Shown here: positions 41,619-52,855 of the stretch, piece by piece | How the letters are laid out: each line of letters begins with the position of its first letter | How positions within the stretch are numbered: the first letter of the stretch is position 1 | Assembly (NCBI GenBank): GCA_034521815.1 | Contig: JAXHLW010000001.1 | Location: 256,001-320,000, forward strand | Origin: Trueperaceae bacterium | Lineage (GTDB): Bacteria > Deinococcota > Deinococci > Deinococcales > Trueperaceae | Length of the DNA stretch: 64,000 bases | Reading direction: 5' to 3' | Notes under the pieces: model-generated | What the model was told of the DNA's origin: nothing | Database searches by the model: none | What the model saw: only the letters and a program-made list of their open reading frames with translations | Position numbers and translations under genes: made by a program

Positions 41619-43169
41619 TCACGGACGCCGCGCCAGAGCGGCCGCGGCCGTCGCCAGCACCGTCGCTCCCGCCAGCAGCCACGGCGTGAGATGCCCGAAG
41701 CGCACGTACGGCGTCAGGACGTCCGAGCGGGCGAACTCCGCAGCCAGGGTGCCGCGGACGCCGCGGTCGAGCTCCGAACGCGTCCGACCGGTCGGATCCA
41801 CGACCGCGGTGATGCCGTCGTTGCCGGCCCTGAGCAGCCAGCGCCGCGTCTCGATCGCGCGCAGGCGGCCCATGTCGTAGTGTTGGCGCGCTCCGCTGCC
41901 GCGCGCGAACCAGGCGTCGTTCGTCACGTTGATCAGCACGCCCGCTCCACGGCGGACCATCTCGCGGGGGATCGCGGGGAAGACCGACTCGTAGCACACG
42001 TAGGCGGCGACGGGCCCGGTGGCCGTCTGCAGCGGCGCGGGGCCGGGGCCGGGCACGGTGTTCTGCAGCAGGGGCAGGCCGAACACGCCGAAGACCGCCC
42101 GGTAGAACGGCGCCGCGGCGTTCAGCAGCGGCCAGCGTTCGCCGAACGGCACCAGCACGTGCTTGTCGTAGCGGTCGGTCAGGCCTGCGTCGGTCATGGC
42201 GTAGACGGCGTTCGCGCCACCGCCCTCGACGCGGGCCCGCCCACCCACGACGAAGGTCGACGTGGGCGAGGCCGCCTGGATCGCGGCGCGGGCCGGCTCG
42301 CCGCGGAACCCCTCGAGCGGGAAGCCCAGCACCGCGCCCTCGGGCCAGATCACCAGGTCGGGCGGCGCACCGGATCGCGCCACCTCCGACGCCGTCAGGT
42401 CGACGTGCACGTCCAGCTCTTGCGAGGCGCTGGCGGCGCGTCCGAACGGGTCCACGTCGCCCTGGACCAGCAGGGCGGTACGGTCGGGCTCGGGCAGCGC
42501 GGCCGTGATCCGCTCGCCACGCTGCGCCCCGCCCCACCACGCCCCCGCGAGCACCAGCACGGCCAGCGCAGGCGTCATGACGCGCCCGGCGCCCGAGGGT
42601 CGTGTCGTGCCGCCGTAGCCCCGACCGCCGGGCGCCGAGGCGGCGGGCACGAACGGCGCGGCCAGCGCGGCGGCCGTGGCGGCGACCAGCAGGCCCAGCC
42701 CGTGCACGCCGACCACGTCCGCCCACTGCGCGACGGGCGTGCCCATCCAGCCGTAACCGAGGCTGCCCCACGGGAAGCCGAGAAAACCGAGGCCTCTGAG
42801 CCACTCGACCAAGATCCACAAGGGGGGCAGGATCAGAAGGGTGCCGCCGCCCCCTCGGCCGATCCAGCGCGCCAGCGCGGCGGTGCCGCCCCAGATCAGC
42901 CCCAGCGCCGCCAACAGGAGAGGAAACAGGACCCAGAACACCGGCCCCAACAGCACCGAGAAGCTCGCGGGCAGCCACAGGATGTGAAGCGCGAAGAGCC
43001 CGACCGCGGCCGAGGCGCCGATCACGAGCGCCTCGCGCGGTCCGGCCGACGCCGCGATCAGGCCGAAGATCACGGCCATCGCCAGCGGGAGGATCGGAAG
43101 AACGGAGGGAGGCAGGGCGACCGACGCCACGACGCCGGCGGCGGCGGCCGCCAGGGCTCGCACGGTCAC
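41619..43169 (-). CDS. lnt: apolipoprotein N-acyltransferase
   Basis: GFPWGSLGY, IWPEG, YDKHVLVPFGE, VCYES, NVTNDAWF. Confidence 0.95.
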   Translation of the reverse strand: MTVRALAAAAAGVVASVALPPSVLPILPLAMAVIFGLIAASAGPREALVIGASAAVGLFALHILWLPASFSVLLGPVFWVLFPLLLAALGLIWGGTAALARWIGRGGGGTLLILPPLWILVEWLRGLGFLGFPWGSLGYGWMGTPVAQWADVVGVHGLGLLVAATAAALAAPFVPAASAPGGRGYGGTTRPSGAGRVMTPALAVLVLAGAWWGGAQRGERITAALPEPDRTALLVQGDVDPFGRAASASQELDVHVDLTASEVARSGAPPDLVIWPEGAVLGFPLEGFRGEPARAAIQAASPTSTFVVGGRARVEGGGANAVYAMTDAGLTDRYDKHVLVPFGERWPLLNAAAPFYRAVFGVFGLPLLQNTVPGPGPAPLQTATGPVAAYVCYESVFPAIPREMVRRGAGVLINVTNDAWFARGSGARQHYDMGRLRAIETRRWLLRAGNDGITAVVDPTGRTRSELDRGVRGTLAAEFARSDVLTPYVRFGHLTPWLLAGATVLATAAAALARRP

Positions 43170-43218
43170 GCGCGCACGCTAGCACGCGCCCCCAAGGCCG
43201 CTGGTCGTGCTCCTCGGG

Positions 43219-44388
43219 TCACGACGTCGGCGTGCCCGACGCGTCGTCCTGGTGCGGTCCGCGCAGCAGCGACGCCACGAGCGCCGTCCGCTCGAGCGTC
43301 TCCCGGATCCGAACGTGCTCGTTCCGGGCGTGCGGGCCGCCGCCGATGGCGCCGAGGCCGTCGAGGGTCGGAACGCCCAGCGCGGAGGTGAAGTTCCCGT
43401 CGGAGCCGCCGCCGACGACCGCCTCGCCGAAGGCGAGTCCCAGCGTTCGCGCGTGCGCTCGTGCCTCGTCGAGCAGCGCCCCGTTTCCCGGGGTCGGCTC
43501 CATCGGCGGTCGGTTCAGGCCGCCCACCATCTCGACGCGGACCCGGTCGTCGTACGGACGATAGGCATGCAGCTCGCTCAAAACCCGGCGACTCTCGTCC
43601 ATCGTCGCGAACCGGAGGTCCACGCGCGCCGTCGCCGATTCCGCGATGACGTTGCCGGCGCTTCCGCCCGAGGCGACGGTGACGTTCACGGTGGTGCCGT
43701 TCGGCACGTCGGCCAGCGCTTCGGCGGCCAGCAGGAAGCGGGCCATCTCCCGCAGCGCGCTTGCGCCCTGCTCGGGGTTCAGGCCCGCGTGGGCGCTGCG
43801 TCCGGTGAAGCGGACGGTCATGTCGCCCACCCCCTTGCGGCCGACCTTGAGCGCGCCGTCGTCGCGACCCGGCTCGACGACCAGGACCCGCGCGTGACGA
43901 ACGGCCTCGGCCTCGATCGCTGCGCGCGAGTGAAGGCTGCCGGTCTCTTCGTCCGAGCTGACGAGCAGCGTGACCGGTCCACGGAGCGAGCCGGCGGCGC
44001 GGGCGGCGCGAGCGGCGTGCACGGCGTTCGCGATCCCGGCCTTCATGTCGAGCACCCCCGGACCCCGCGCGACGTCGCCGTCGCGCGACCACGGCATCTC
44101 CGCCAAGGTTCCCAGCGGCCAGACGGTGTCGTAGTGCGCCAGGATCAGCGTCCCGTCGTTCGGATCGTCGCCTTCCAGGCGCCCGATCACGACGTCGCCG
44201 ACATCGTCGCGTGGCGAGCGCTCCACGCTCCAGCCGTCCCGCGTCAGCAGTGCGACCAGCGCATCGGCGACGCGGTCGGCCGCCTGGGCATCGTGGCTGG
44301 GGGACTCGAGCTCGACCAGCGAGCGCAAGGTGTCCAAGAAGGCCGCCTCGCCGGCGAGGACGGACGGAAGAAGGTCGGGGCTGGACAT
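43219..44388 (-). CDS. M20 family metallopeptidase (carboxypeptidase G2-like)
   Basis: AHYDTVW, GPGVLDMKAG, SDEETGS, GGGSDGNF, GPHARNE. Confidence 0.92.
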   Translation of the reverse strand: MSSPDLLPSVLAGEAAFLDTLRSLVELESPSHDAQAADRVADALVALLTRDGWSVERSPRDDVGDVVIGRLEGDDPNDGTLILAHYDTVWPLGTLAEMPWSRDGDVARGPGVLDMKAGIANAVHAARAARAAGSLRGPVTLLVSSDEETGSLHSRAAIEAEAVRHARVLVVEPGRDDGALKVGRKGVGDMTVRFTGRSAHAGLNPEQGASALREMARFLLAAEALADVPNGTTVNVTVASGGSAGNVIAESATARVDLRFATMDESRRVLSELHAYRPYDDRVRVEMVGGLNRPPMEPTPGNGALLDEARAHARTLGLAFGEAVVGGGSDGNFTSALGVPTLDGLGAIGGGPHARNEHVRIRETLERTALVASLLRGPHQDDASGTPTS

Positions 44389-44429
44389 GCCGGGCATGGT
44401 ATCTGGATCGCCGGTCCGGGGGCGTCGCG

Positions 44430-44804
44430 TCAGTCCGTCGCGGCGTCGGTCCGAGGGTCGGGGGTCCGACGGTCGCTCGCTTCCCGGCGCTCGGACGCGC
44501 GCCGGCGCTCGCGCCGCATGCGTTCCGCGAGGTCGCGCACGTGCGGCTCCTGCGTGGTTCGAGCGTAGCTGTAGCCCAAACGGAAGTCCGCGTCGGCCCG
44601 CTCGGGGTCCACGTCGGCCTCGATCCGGGCGCGCGACAGGTACACCTGAGCCAGCAGCACGTCGCGCATGCGCTGCGGCTTCACGGCGTGGAGGTCGAGG
44701 AGCGCCTCGTGGTAGGCCACGGCCGCGCCGCGCAGGTCGCCGCGATCGGCCAACGACGTGCCCCGCTTGAAGTGCCTCGCAGCGCTGAACAGAAGCTCAC
44801 GCAC
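44430..44804 (-). CDS. small helical (TPR-like) hypothetical protein
   Basis: Leaderless TAGACT-N6-GTG; GDLRGAAVAYHEAL helix pattern. Confidence 0.65.
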   Translation of the reverse strand: MRELLFSAARHFKRGTSLADRGDLRGAAVAYHEALLDLHAVKPQRMRDVLLAQVYLSRARIEADVDPERADADFRLGYSYARTTQEPHVRDLAERMRRERRRASERREASDRRTPDPRTDAATD

Positions 44805-44852
44805 GACGCGAGTCTACCGCGACGCGGGACCACCGTCGCCCGTGATCGGGGC

Positions 44853-44888
44853 GCGTCGGTTCCTGCGTCGGTTCCTGCGTCGGTTCCG
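44853..44888. repeat. 12-bp tandem repeat GCGTCGGTTCCT x3
   Basis: Read directly; intergenic. Confidence 0.85.
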
Positions 44889-44891
44889 GCG

Positions 44892-45887
44892 TCAGTCCGC
44901 GGCGTCGGTCGTCGGCGCGGCGAAGGGGCGCTCCAGCCCCTCGCGCGCGGCGTCGCGCGCCGGAGCGGGAGCCCACGACAGCGCCAACACGCCGCGATAC
45001 GACCGCTTGGCGTCGTCACGCCGACCGTCGAGGTCGTAGAGCTGGCCCAGACGTGCCAGCAGCCAGCCGGGCAGGTAGGGGGGCTCTGAAAAGTCGCCGC
45101 GCACGGCGTCTCGCAGCACGGCCAGCGCTTCGGCGGCGTGACCGTGCTTCAGCAGGACCTCGGCCTCGGCCAGGCGGGCCTCGGCCGCGTCGATCTCGCG
45201 CAAGGCGGCGATCAGGCCCGCTGCGTCGTCCGCCTCGCCGGCGAACGCGGTATCCAGCAACGCCCGCTGCCGAGCGGCGGCGCTGGGAGGCACGTCGGCG
45301 GCGTCGGAGGCCGCCTCGGCCAGTCGGCGCGCCAGGACGGGAAGGTGATCGACCGGGCTCAGCACCAGCGTGCGTCGGTCCGACCACGGCGCCAGCCGCT
45401 CGACCATGCGGTCGACGCGCTGCTCCAGCCAGTCGCTGCCCGGGCCGTCGCCGAAGAGCTCGATGCGCGCGTCGTGAAGCGCGGCGACGGCGGGCAGAAG
45501 CTCGTTCTGGATCCGCGACAGATCGAGGGCGCGCGCCAGCAGCTCCTCGAGCGGCCCCCGGACCTCGGCGAGGCGCCGGAGCGCCGGGTGATCCTCGGCG
45601 GACTGAGCCAGGTAGCGAACGAAATCGGCTTGCGCGGTGGGATCGGGGGACGGCTCGCCGACCTCGGCGAGCGGGACGCCGGCGTCGCGGGCCCAGCGCA
45701 CGACCGCCTGTAGGCCGGGCTCGTCGACGTCCTGCCAGGCGGGGTCGTCCAGCGCCCCGGGCGGCAGGGCGGTCGTCACGACCGCGTCGGGCTCGGCGGC
45801 GGCCACGATCTCGAGGACGGTGATCGCGTTGTAGCGCGGGAAGCGTCGGTGAAAAGGACCGACGAGCGGCACCAGCGAAAACGGCAT
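44892..45887 (-). CDS. hypothetical protein with C-terminal TPR-like repeats
   Basis: Leaderless TACCAT-N6-ATG; LARLGQLYDLDGRRDDAKRSY. Confidence 0.75.
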   Translation of the reverse strand: MPFSLVPLVGPFHRRFPRYNAITVLEIVAAAEPDAVVTTALPPGALDDPAWQDVDEPGLQAVVRWARDAGVPLAEVGEPSPDPTAQADFVRYLAQSAEDHPALRRLAEVRGPLEELLARALDLSRIQNELLPAVAALHDARIELFGDGPGSDWLEQRVDRMVERLAPWSDRRTLVLSPVDHLPVLARRLAEAASDAADVPPSAAARQRALLDTAFAGEADDAAGLIAALREIDAAEARLAEAEVLLKHGHAAEALAVLRDAVRGDFSEPPYLPGWLLARLGQLYDLDGRRDDAKRSYRGVLALSWAPAPARDAAREGLERPFAAPTTDAAD

Positions 45888-45948
45888 GACGTCATGGTAC
45901 CGTCCCTGCGCGGGACTCTCGTGTCCACGAGGCCTGAGAGGAGGCGGC

Positions 45949-47460
45949 ATGTACGCAGATCCCAAGACCCCCGGATGGCAGCGAGATGCGATCTGGACAG
46001 CGGGGACGATTCTGGTCGTCGCCGCCCTGCTCACGGCCGCCGCCCTGGCGTGGAGTCGCGCTTCGGACGAAGCGTCCGGCACGCGCGTCCTCGAAGCCGG
46101 CCTGCGCCTGACCCTGTTGCCGGACACCGTGTTGCCGGACAGCGTGTCGCCGGACAGCGTGTCGCCCGACGCGGACAGGAGGGCCGCCGGCGCCGACGCG
46201 GCGACGGCGCTCGCGGTCCGAACCGAGTCCGAGATCGTTCCCGGCGAGCCGTTCGAGGCGCTGCCGGGGTCGGGGGTCGTGATCGACCCGACCGAGCTGC
46301 CGGGCTTCGACGTCGAAGCCGTGCTGGACAGGATCGCAGGCGTCTGGTCGCTCGTGCTGCTGGACGAGGGCCGAGACGCGCTGCTGCGCCGCGTCGACGA
46401 CGCCGGGCTGCGCTCGCAGCTGACGCGAACGATCGACGGTCCCGGGACCGACCTGGTCGACGCCGAGCTGGCGAACGAGATGATGCCGTCCGGCTTGGAC
46501 AACGGCTCGCGCATGGCGAACTGGCCGCTGCAGGCGCAGCGCGAGCCGGGCGAGCCGGTCCAGCCCATCGTCGGCGTGTTCGTGTTCTTCGACGCCGACG
46601 AGCTCCGCCCGCTCAGCGAGCGGCAGATCGGTGCCAGCGTCGTTCGGCGGCTCGCCGAGATCGTCGTCGCAGATGGATCGGACGTCGGCAGAGACGCGAT
46701 CACGAACGCCAACCTCGCGACCCGCTACGAGCAGGGACTGAGCGGGGCGCGCGAAGCGCTCCACGAGCTGATGGCGGCGATGCTGTCGGCGAACGGCGAG
46801 GAGATCGAGACCCGGCTGGACGAGGCGCGCGCCGTCCAGGCGGGCGAGACGCCCGAGGTCCCGGGCCTGTCCGGCTTGGTCGGCAGCGCCGAGCTGGCGG
46901 GCCTGCCGATCGACGTGGCCAACGATCGGATCGTCGAGGCTCTGGCCGTACGCACGCGGCAGGACGGCGTGGGCGTTCTGGACGAGCTGCTCGCCGGCGA
47001 TCCGCGTAGCGACCGGCTGGCGGCCGCCGGGCCGGTGTTGGCGCCGTTCACGCGCGTCGGGCACGACCGCGCCCGACGACTCGCCTGGTCGTCGGGCGCG
47101 GTGGCGCTGATCGCGCTGGCGTTGCTGGCGGTGCTGGCTCGCGGTGCGGGACGGCTGGCCCGCCCCGGCATCGCACTGGTGCTCGCGGCCGCTCCCGGAG
47201 CCGCCGCGGCCTGGGCGGTGAGCCGTGCCGTGGACGGAACCGAGCCGCCCGCTCTTCCGTCCGGCGCGCGGGTCGAGGGGGTGTTCGGCGAGCTGGCCGG
47301 GCTTCTCCGGCACGTGATCGCCGCGCTTCCCCCGGGCGTGGTCGACGACGCCCTTCGCGTCCACCTGGTCCTGGGCGCTGCCGGTGCGCTGGCGTTGGTC
47401 GTCGCGCTGCTGGCGTTGGCGGCCGGCGCGGTCCGGCCGCGCCGACGCGGCTACCTTTGA
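45949..47460 (+). CDS. hypothetical membrane protein
   Basis: SD GAGGAGG; N-terminal TM, large soluble region, about 3 C-terminal TMs. Confidence 0.75.
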   Translation: MYADPKTPGWQRDAIWTAGTILVVAALLTAAALAWSRASDEASGTRVLEAGLRLTLLPDTVLPDSVSPDSVSPDADRRAAGADAATALAVRTESEIVPGEPFEALPGSGVVIDPTELPGFDVEAVLDRIAGVWSLVLLDEGRDALLRRVDDAGLRSQLTRTIDGPGTDLVDAELANEMMPSGLDNGSRMANWPLQAQREPGEPVQPIVGVFVFFDADELRPLSERQIGASVVRRLAEIVVADGSDVGRDAITNANLATRYEQGLSGAREALHELMAAMLSANGEEIETRLDEARAVQAGETPEVPGLSGLVGSAELAGLPIDVANDRIVEALAVRTRQDGVGVLDELLAGDPRSDRLAAAGPVLAPFTRVGHDRARRLAWSSGAVALIALALLAVLARGAGRLARPGIALVLAAAPGAAAAWAVSRAVDGTEPPALPSGARVEGVFGELAGLLRHVIAALPPGVVDDALRVHLVLGAAGALALVVALLALAAGAVRPRRRGYL

Positions 47461-47531
47461 CGCCTGCGCACACGCGTCGGGTCGTCGCCGACGACGGCCG
47501 CGACCGCTCGCGAAACGGCTAGGCTCGAGGC

Positions 47532-49715
47532 ATGGATTCCGTCTCGGACCCAGGCTCGGACTTCGTCTCGGACCCCGCGTTGACACCGGTTCGCCATGAG
47601 CCGTACGACCTGCCGGTGGCGGTGCGACCCGGTCGCGTGCCCGACGGCGCTCCGCTGGACCACCCCTCGCTGTACCTGAACCGCGAGGCGGGCGATCTCG
47701 ACTTCGACGCGCGCGTGCTGGCGCAGGCGATGGATCACCGCGTGCCGCTCCTCGAGCGGGTCCGCTACCTCGCCATCTCGGCATCGAACCTCGACGAGTT
47801 CGTCATGAAGCGTGTCGGCGGTCTGTTGCGTCAGCAGGCCGCCGGCGTGGTGGCGGTCAGTCCCGACGGGCGCACGCCCAGCGAGCAGATCGCTCTGGTC
47901 CGGTCCGCGATGCGGCCGCTGTACGCGCGCATGGAGGCGCTGTGGCGCGACGAGCTGCGGCCCGCGCTCCGCGCGAACGCCGACATCGACGTCGTCGACG
48001 CGGACGACCTCGACGAGAACGAGGCCGCCGCCGCCGCGGACCTGTTCATGCGCGACTTCTACGGCATCGTCACGCCTCTGGCCGTCGACTCCGGTCGGCC
48101 GTTTCCCCTGATCAGCAACCTGAGTCTGTCGATCGCGGTGCTGCTCCGGTGGCCCAAGAGCGCCGAGGAGCTGTTCGTTCGGATCAAGGTGCCGACCTCG
48201 CACGGGCGGTTCGTGAGGACCTCGCGCGGAAGGCTGCTGCCGGTCGAGCAGCTGATCGAGGGGCATGTCGATCGCTTCTTCCCGGGCATGGAGGTGGTCG
48301 GGGCGTGGCGCTTCCGCGTGACGCGCAACGCCGACATGAGGCTCGACGAGGAGGAGGCCGACGACCTGATCGCCGCCATCGGCGAGGAGCTGCGCGAGCG
48401 TCGCTTCGCCCCGGTGGTGCGCCTCGAGGTCGAGGCGGACATGCCGGCACGGGTGCGGCGCTACCTCAGTGATCAGCTCCAGGTCGCCGACGAGGACGTG
48501 ATCGAGGCGGCGAGGGTGCTCGCGCTGGCCGACCTCTCCGAGCTGGCCGACACCGACGACCCCGAGCATCTGTTCGAGCCGTGGCACGGCATCACGGCGC
48601 GTCGCATCGCGACGCACTACGCCACCGACGAGCACGCCTCGCTGTTCGACCTGATCCGCGCCTCGGACGTGCTGGTGCACCATCCGTACGACCTGTTCCG
48701 GACCAGCGTGCAGCGCTTCATCGAGGAGGCGGCCGACGATCCGGACGTGCTGGCGATCAAGCAGACGCTCTACCGCACCAGTCGGCAGAGCCCCATCGTC
48801 GCGGCGCTGGTGCGCGCGGCCGAGCGAGGCAAGCAGGTCGCGGCCCTGGTCGAGGTGAAGGCCCGCTTCGACGAGGCGAACAACATCGAGTGGGGCGAGC
48901 GTCTCGAGGCCGCCGGCGTGCACGTCAGCTACGGCTTCGTGGACCTGAAGATCCACACCAAGGTGGCGCTGGTCGTTCGCCGCGAGCGGGACGGGATTCG
49001 CACCTACGCGCACGTGGGAACGGGCAACTACAACGCCAACACCGCCCGCCTCTACACCGACGTGGGCCTGCTCACCTGCGACCCGGCGATCGGCGCCGAC
49101 CTCGTGAACCTGTTCCACCACATCACCGGCTTCGCGCCCGAGCAGCGCTACCACGACCTGCTCGTGGCGCCGTGGGACATGCGTGACCGGTTCCTGGCGC
49201 TGATCGAGCGTGAGATCGGCCATCAGCGTGCCGGTCGCCAAGGCCGCATCGTGGCGAAGATGAACGGCCTCGACGACGTGCCGATCATCCAGGCGCTCTA
49301 CCGCGCCGCGCAGGCGGGGGTGCGCATCGAGCTGATGGTGCGCGGCCATTGCCGACTCAGGCCGGGCGTGGAGGGCGTGAGCGAGAACATCCGCGTGATG
49401 AGCGTGATCGGCAGGTTCCTGGAGCACGACCGGATCTTCCTGTTCGACAACGGGGGCGAGACCGAGGTGTTCCTCGGGAGCGCCGACTGGAAGCGCCGGA
49501 ACCTGAGCGACCGGATCGAGGCGATCGTGCCGGTACGCGATCCCGAGCTGAAGGGCCGGCTCGTCGGCGTGCTCGACGCAGCGCTTCACGACAACCGCAG
49601 CGCGTGGGACCTGATGGCCGACGGTCGCTACGTGCAACGGTGGCCCGCCCCGGGCGAGCAGGTCCAGGCGCTCCAAGACGAGCTGATGCAGCGCGCGCTA
49701 CGCGCCGAGCTCTGA
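47532..49715 (+). CDS. ppk1: polyphosphate kinase 1
   Basis: YLNRE, SNLDEF, VHHPY, IKQTLYR, KARFDE, GTGNYN, GRFLEH, GSADW. Confidence 0.96.
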   Translation: MDSVSDPGSDFVSDPALTPVRHEPYDLPVAVRPGRVPDGAPLDHPSLYLNREAGDLDFDARVLAQAMDHRVPLLERVRYLAISASNLDEFVMKRVGGLLRQQAAGVVAVSPDGRTPSEQIALVRSAMRPLYARMEALWRDELRPALRANADIDVVDADDLDENEAAAAADLFMRDFYGIVTPLAVDSGRPFPLISNLSLSIAVLLRWPKSAEELFVRIKVPTSHGRFVRTSRGRLLPVEQLIEGHVDRFFPGMEVVGAWRFRVTRNADMRLDEEEADDLIAAIGEELRERRFAPVVRLEVEADMPARVRRYLSDQLQVADEDVIEAARVLALADLSELADTDDPEHLFEPWHGITARRIATHYATDEHASLFDLIRASDVLVHHPYDLFRTSVQRFIEEAADDPDVLAIKQTLYRTSRQSPIVAALVRAAERGKQVAALVEVKARFDEANNIEWGERLEAAGVHVSYGFVDLKIHTKVALVVRRERDGIRTYAHVGTGNYNANTARLYTDVGLLTCDPAIGADLVNLFHHITGFAPEQRYHDLLVAPWDMRDRFLALIEREIGHQRAGRQGRIVAKMNGLDDVPIIQALYRAAQAGVRIELMVRGHCRLRPGVEGVSENIRVMSVIGRFLEHDRIFLFDNGGETEVFLGSADWKRRNLSDRIEAIVPVRDPELKGRLVGVLDAALHDNRSAWDLMADGRYVQRWPAPGEQVQALQDELMQRALRAEL

Positions 49716-50687
49716 GCCGAGCTCCGAGCCGAGCTCCGAGCCGAGCCGTGCGGAGCCCGCATCCGCCCTACGCCAGACGTCCGGCGCGAGCCCCGCCTCG
49801 GCGACCATCGCGTCCAGATCGCTCGTGGAAAGCGGATGGCGTCCCGCCACCGCGACGAACGCCGCCTCGAGCAGGTTCGTCGGAAGACTGCGCCCCTCGA
49901 TCCGCGGGGTGGTCGTCGCCACGCACCGCACGCCGCGCGCGACGAGGTCGGCCAGGTCGGCCGGCGTCGTCGTGTTCGTGAGGATCGTCTTGCCGGACAG
50001 GTCCTGCGGCGCGAAACGGGCGATCAGGTGCCAGTCGCCGGCCACCACCTCGGCCTCGTCGAACCATCGCGCTCGCCAGCCGGTCACGGCCCGCTCCTGC
50101 CTCGCGCCGGTGGGGTAGATCCACGCCATCGGAGCGCGCGCCACGATCGGGGCGACGAGCCGGACGCGGCGCTCGAACGCGCTCAGGTCGTGCATCGCGA
50201 TGGGAAGGCCCAGCAGGAAGGCGAAGTCGCCGATCGTCAGTCGCGCGCCGGCACGGTCCAGCGCTTCGGCCATCCCCCAGCGGTCCGCGGCCGAGGGCAG
50301 CAGGACGCGGCGGGCGCGCCAGCCGACCTCGGCGTCCAGCGACTCGACGACGCGACGCTCCAACGTGGTCTTGAGCCCCACGCCGCACACGACCGGCGTG
50401 GCTCCGGCGTGCTTGGCCAAGGCGGCGCTCTCCCGGATCCGGTAGCTTCGCCCGGCAATGCGCAGCTCGAGGTCCGCGCCGCCCAGCCCGAACGCGTCCA
50501 CGTCGCCGCGCAGACGCTCGTACGCGCGTGCCGCCGCGGCGACGTCGCCGTCCGTGCCGATCCGCTCCATGACGACGCGGCGGCCCAGCAGCGTCATCTC
50601 CATCCGGGCGTCGCGACGCGACGATCCTCTCGACACGCTGACGACGCGCAGCGGCCGGTCCGGATCGCGGGACGCGCGAGCGTTCAC
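49698..50687 (-). CDS. conserved hypothetical protein (family often labelled quinate 5-dehydrogenase)
   Basis: VVSVSRGSSRRD, ERIGTDGD, GLKTTLER, ILTNTTT, TTTPRIEGRS..TN. Confidence 0.7.
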   Translation of the reverse strand: MNARASRDPDRPLRVVSVSRGSSRRDARMEMTLLGRRVVMERIGTDGDVAAAARAYERLRGDVDAFGLGGADLELRIAGRSYRIRESAALAKHAGATPVVCGVGLKTTLERRVVESLDAEVGWRARRVLLPSAADRWGMAEALDRAGARLTIGDFAFLLGLPIAMHDLSAFERRVRLVAPIVARAPMAWIYPTGARQERAVTGWRARWFDEAEVVAGDWHLIARFAPQDLSGKTILTNTTTPADLADLVARGVRCVATTTPRIEGRSLPTNLLEAAFVAVAGRHPLSTSDLDAMVAEAGLAPDVWRRADAGSARLGSELGSELGSELGA

Positions 50688-50688
50688 C

Positions 50689-51279
50689 TCACTCCTCCTT
50701 CGTCACCACGGCCAGCGGATCGACGGCGCGCTGCGAGACCTTGCCGCGCACCTGCGTTCCGAACTGGCGCAACATCCACAGCTCCGGCACGATCTCGGTG
50801 ACCAGCTCGCCACGATCGAAGATGCGGACCATCGAGCTCTCCGACACGACGACCGACACCGTGCGGGTCTGCGCGCTGATGGAGGCGGCCGCCATGTGAC
50901 GGCTTCCGAGCCCCAGTGGAAGCTCGATCCCCTCGGCGCTGGCCGAGAGGTAGCGACAGGCGGCCACGGCGATGCCTTCGCCCGACACCACGAACGCTCC
51001 GTCGAGCTGCGCGAGCTCCTTGAGCGTCTCGCGCACGTTCGGGTCCACGATCGTCTTCGCCTCGTCGGGGTGGCCTTCGAGCGGGTCGAGGATCAGCGGG
51101 CGCGAGCGGGCCAGCACCGCCGCATGGTCGTCCACCGTGAACAACGCGCCGATCTTGCGTCCCTCGCGTCCCTCGCGCGCCAGCTCCAGGGCGATCAGCG
51201 TCACCTGCACCAACGCTTCGGGCCGGCAGCTGCGCTTGGCGAGGTACGCCTCGTCGAACAGCTCGACGTCGCGGAACAT
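50689..51279 (-). CDS. diadenylate cyclase (DisA_N/DAC domain), standalone
   Basis: AREGREG..IGALF, KELAQLDGAF, GLGSRHMAA, VVVSES. Confidence 0.85.
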   Translation of the reverse strand: MFRDVELFDEAYLAKRSCRPEALVQVTLIALELAREGREGRKIGALFTVDDHAAVLARSRPLILDPLEGHPDEAKTIVDPNVRETLKELAQLDGAFVVSGEGIAVAACRYLSASAEGIELPLGLGSRHMAAASISAQTRTVSVVVSESSMVRIFDRGELVTEIVPELWMLRQFGTQVRGKVSQRAVDPLAVVTKEE

Positions 51280-51321
51280 TCAGGACGCCGGCTGCGGAAC
51301 GGGGCGCGCGGGAGCGGACAT
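51280..51321 (-). CDS. putative leaderless 13-aa uORF MSAPARPVPQPAS, in frame with the cyclase
   Basis: TACCCT-N6-ATG(51321); TGA 51280-51282 directly precedes ATG 51279. Confidence 0.45.
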   Translation of the reverse strand: MSAPARPVPQPAS

Positions 51322-51427
51322 GGCTCCAGGGTAGCCTGTCGGCGCGGCACCAGGCCACGCGAAGGGGCCGGCGCGGTCCGAAGCGACGCGACGTGGACGT
51401 GCCCAGGAGCGTTGCTACACTTCTCGG

Positions 51428-52832
<1,405 letters not shown>

Positions 52833-52855
52833 CGTCGTCCGGGTACGATGCCGCC

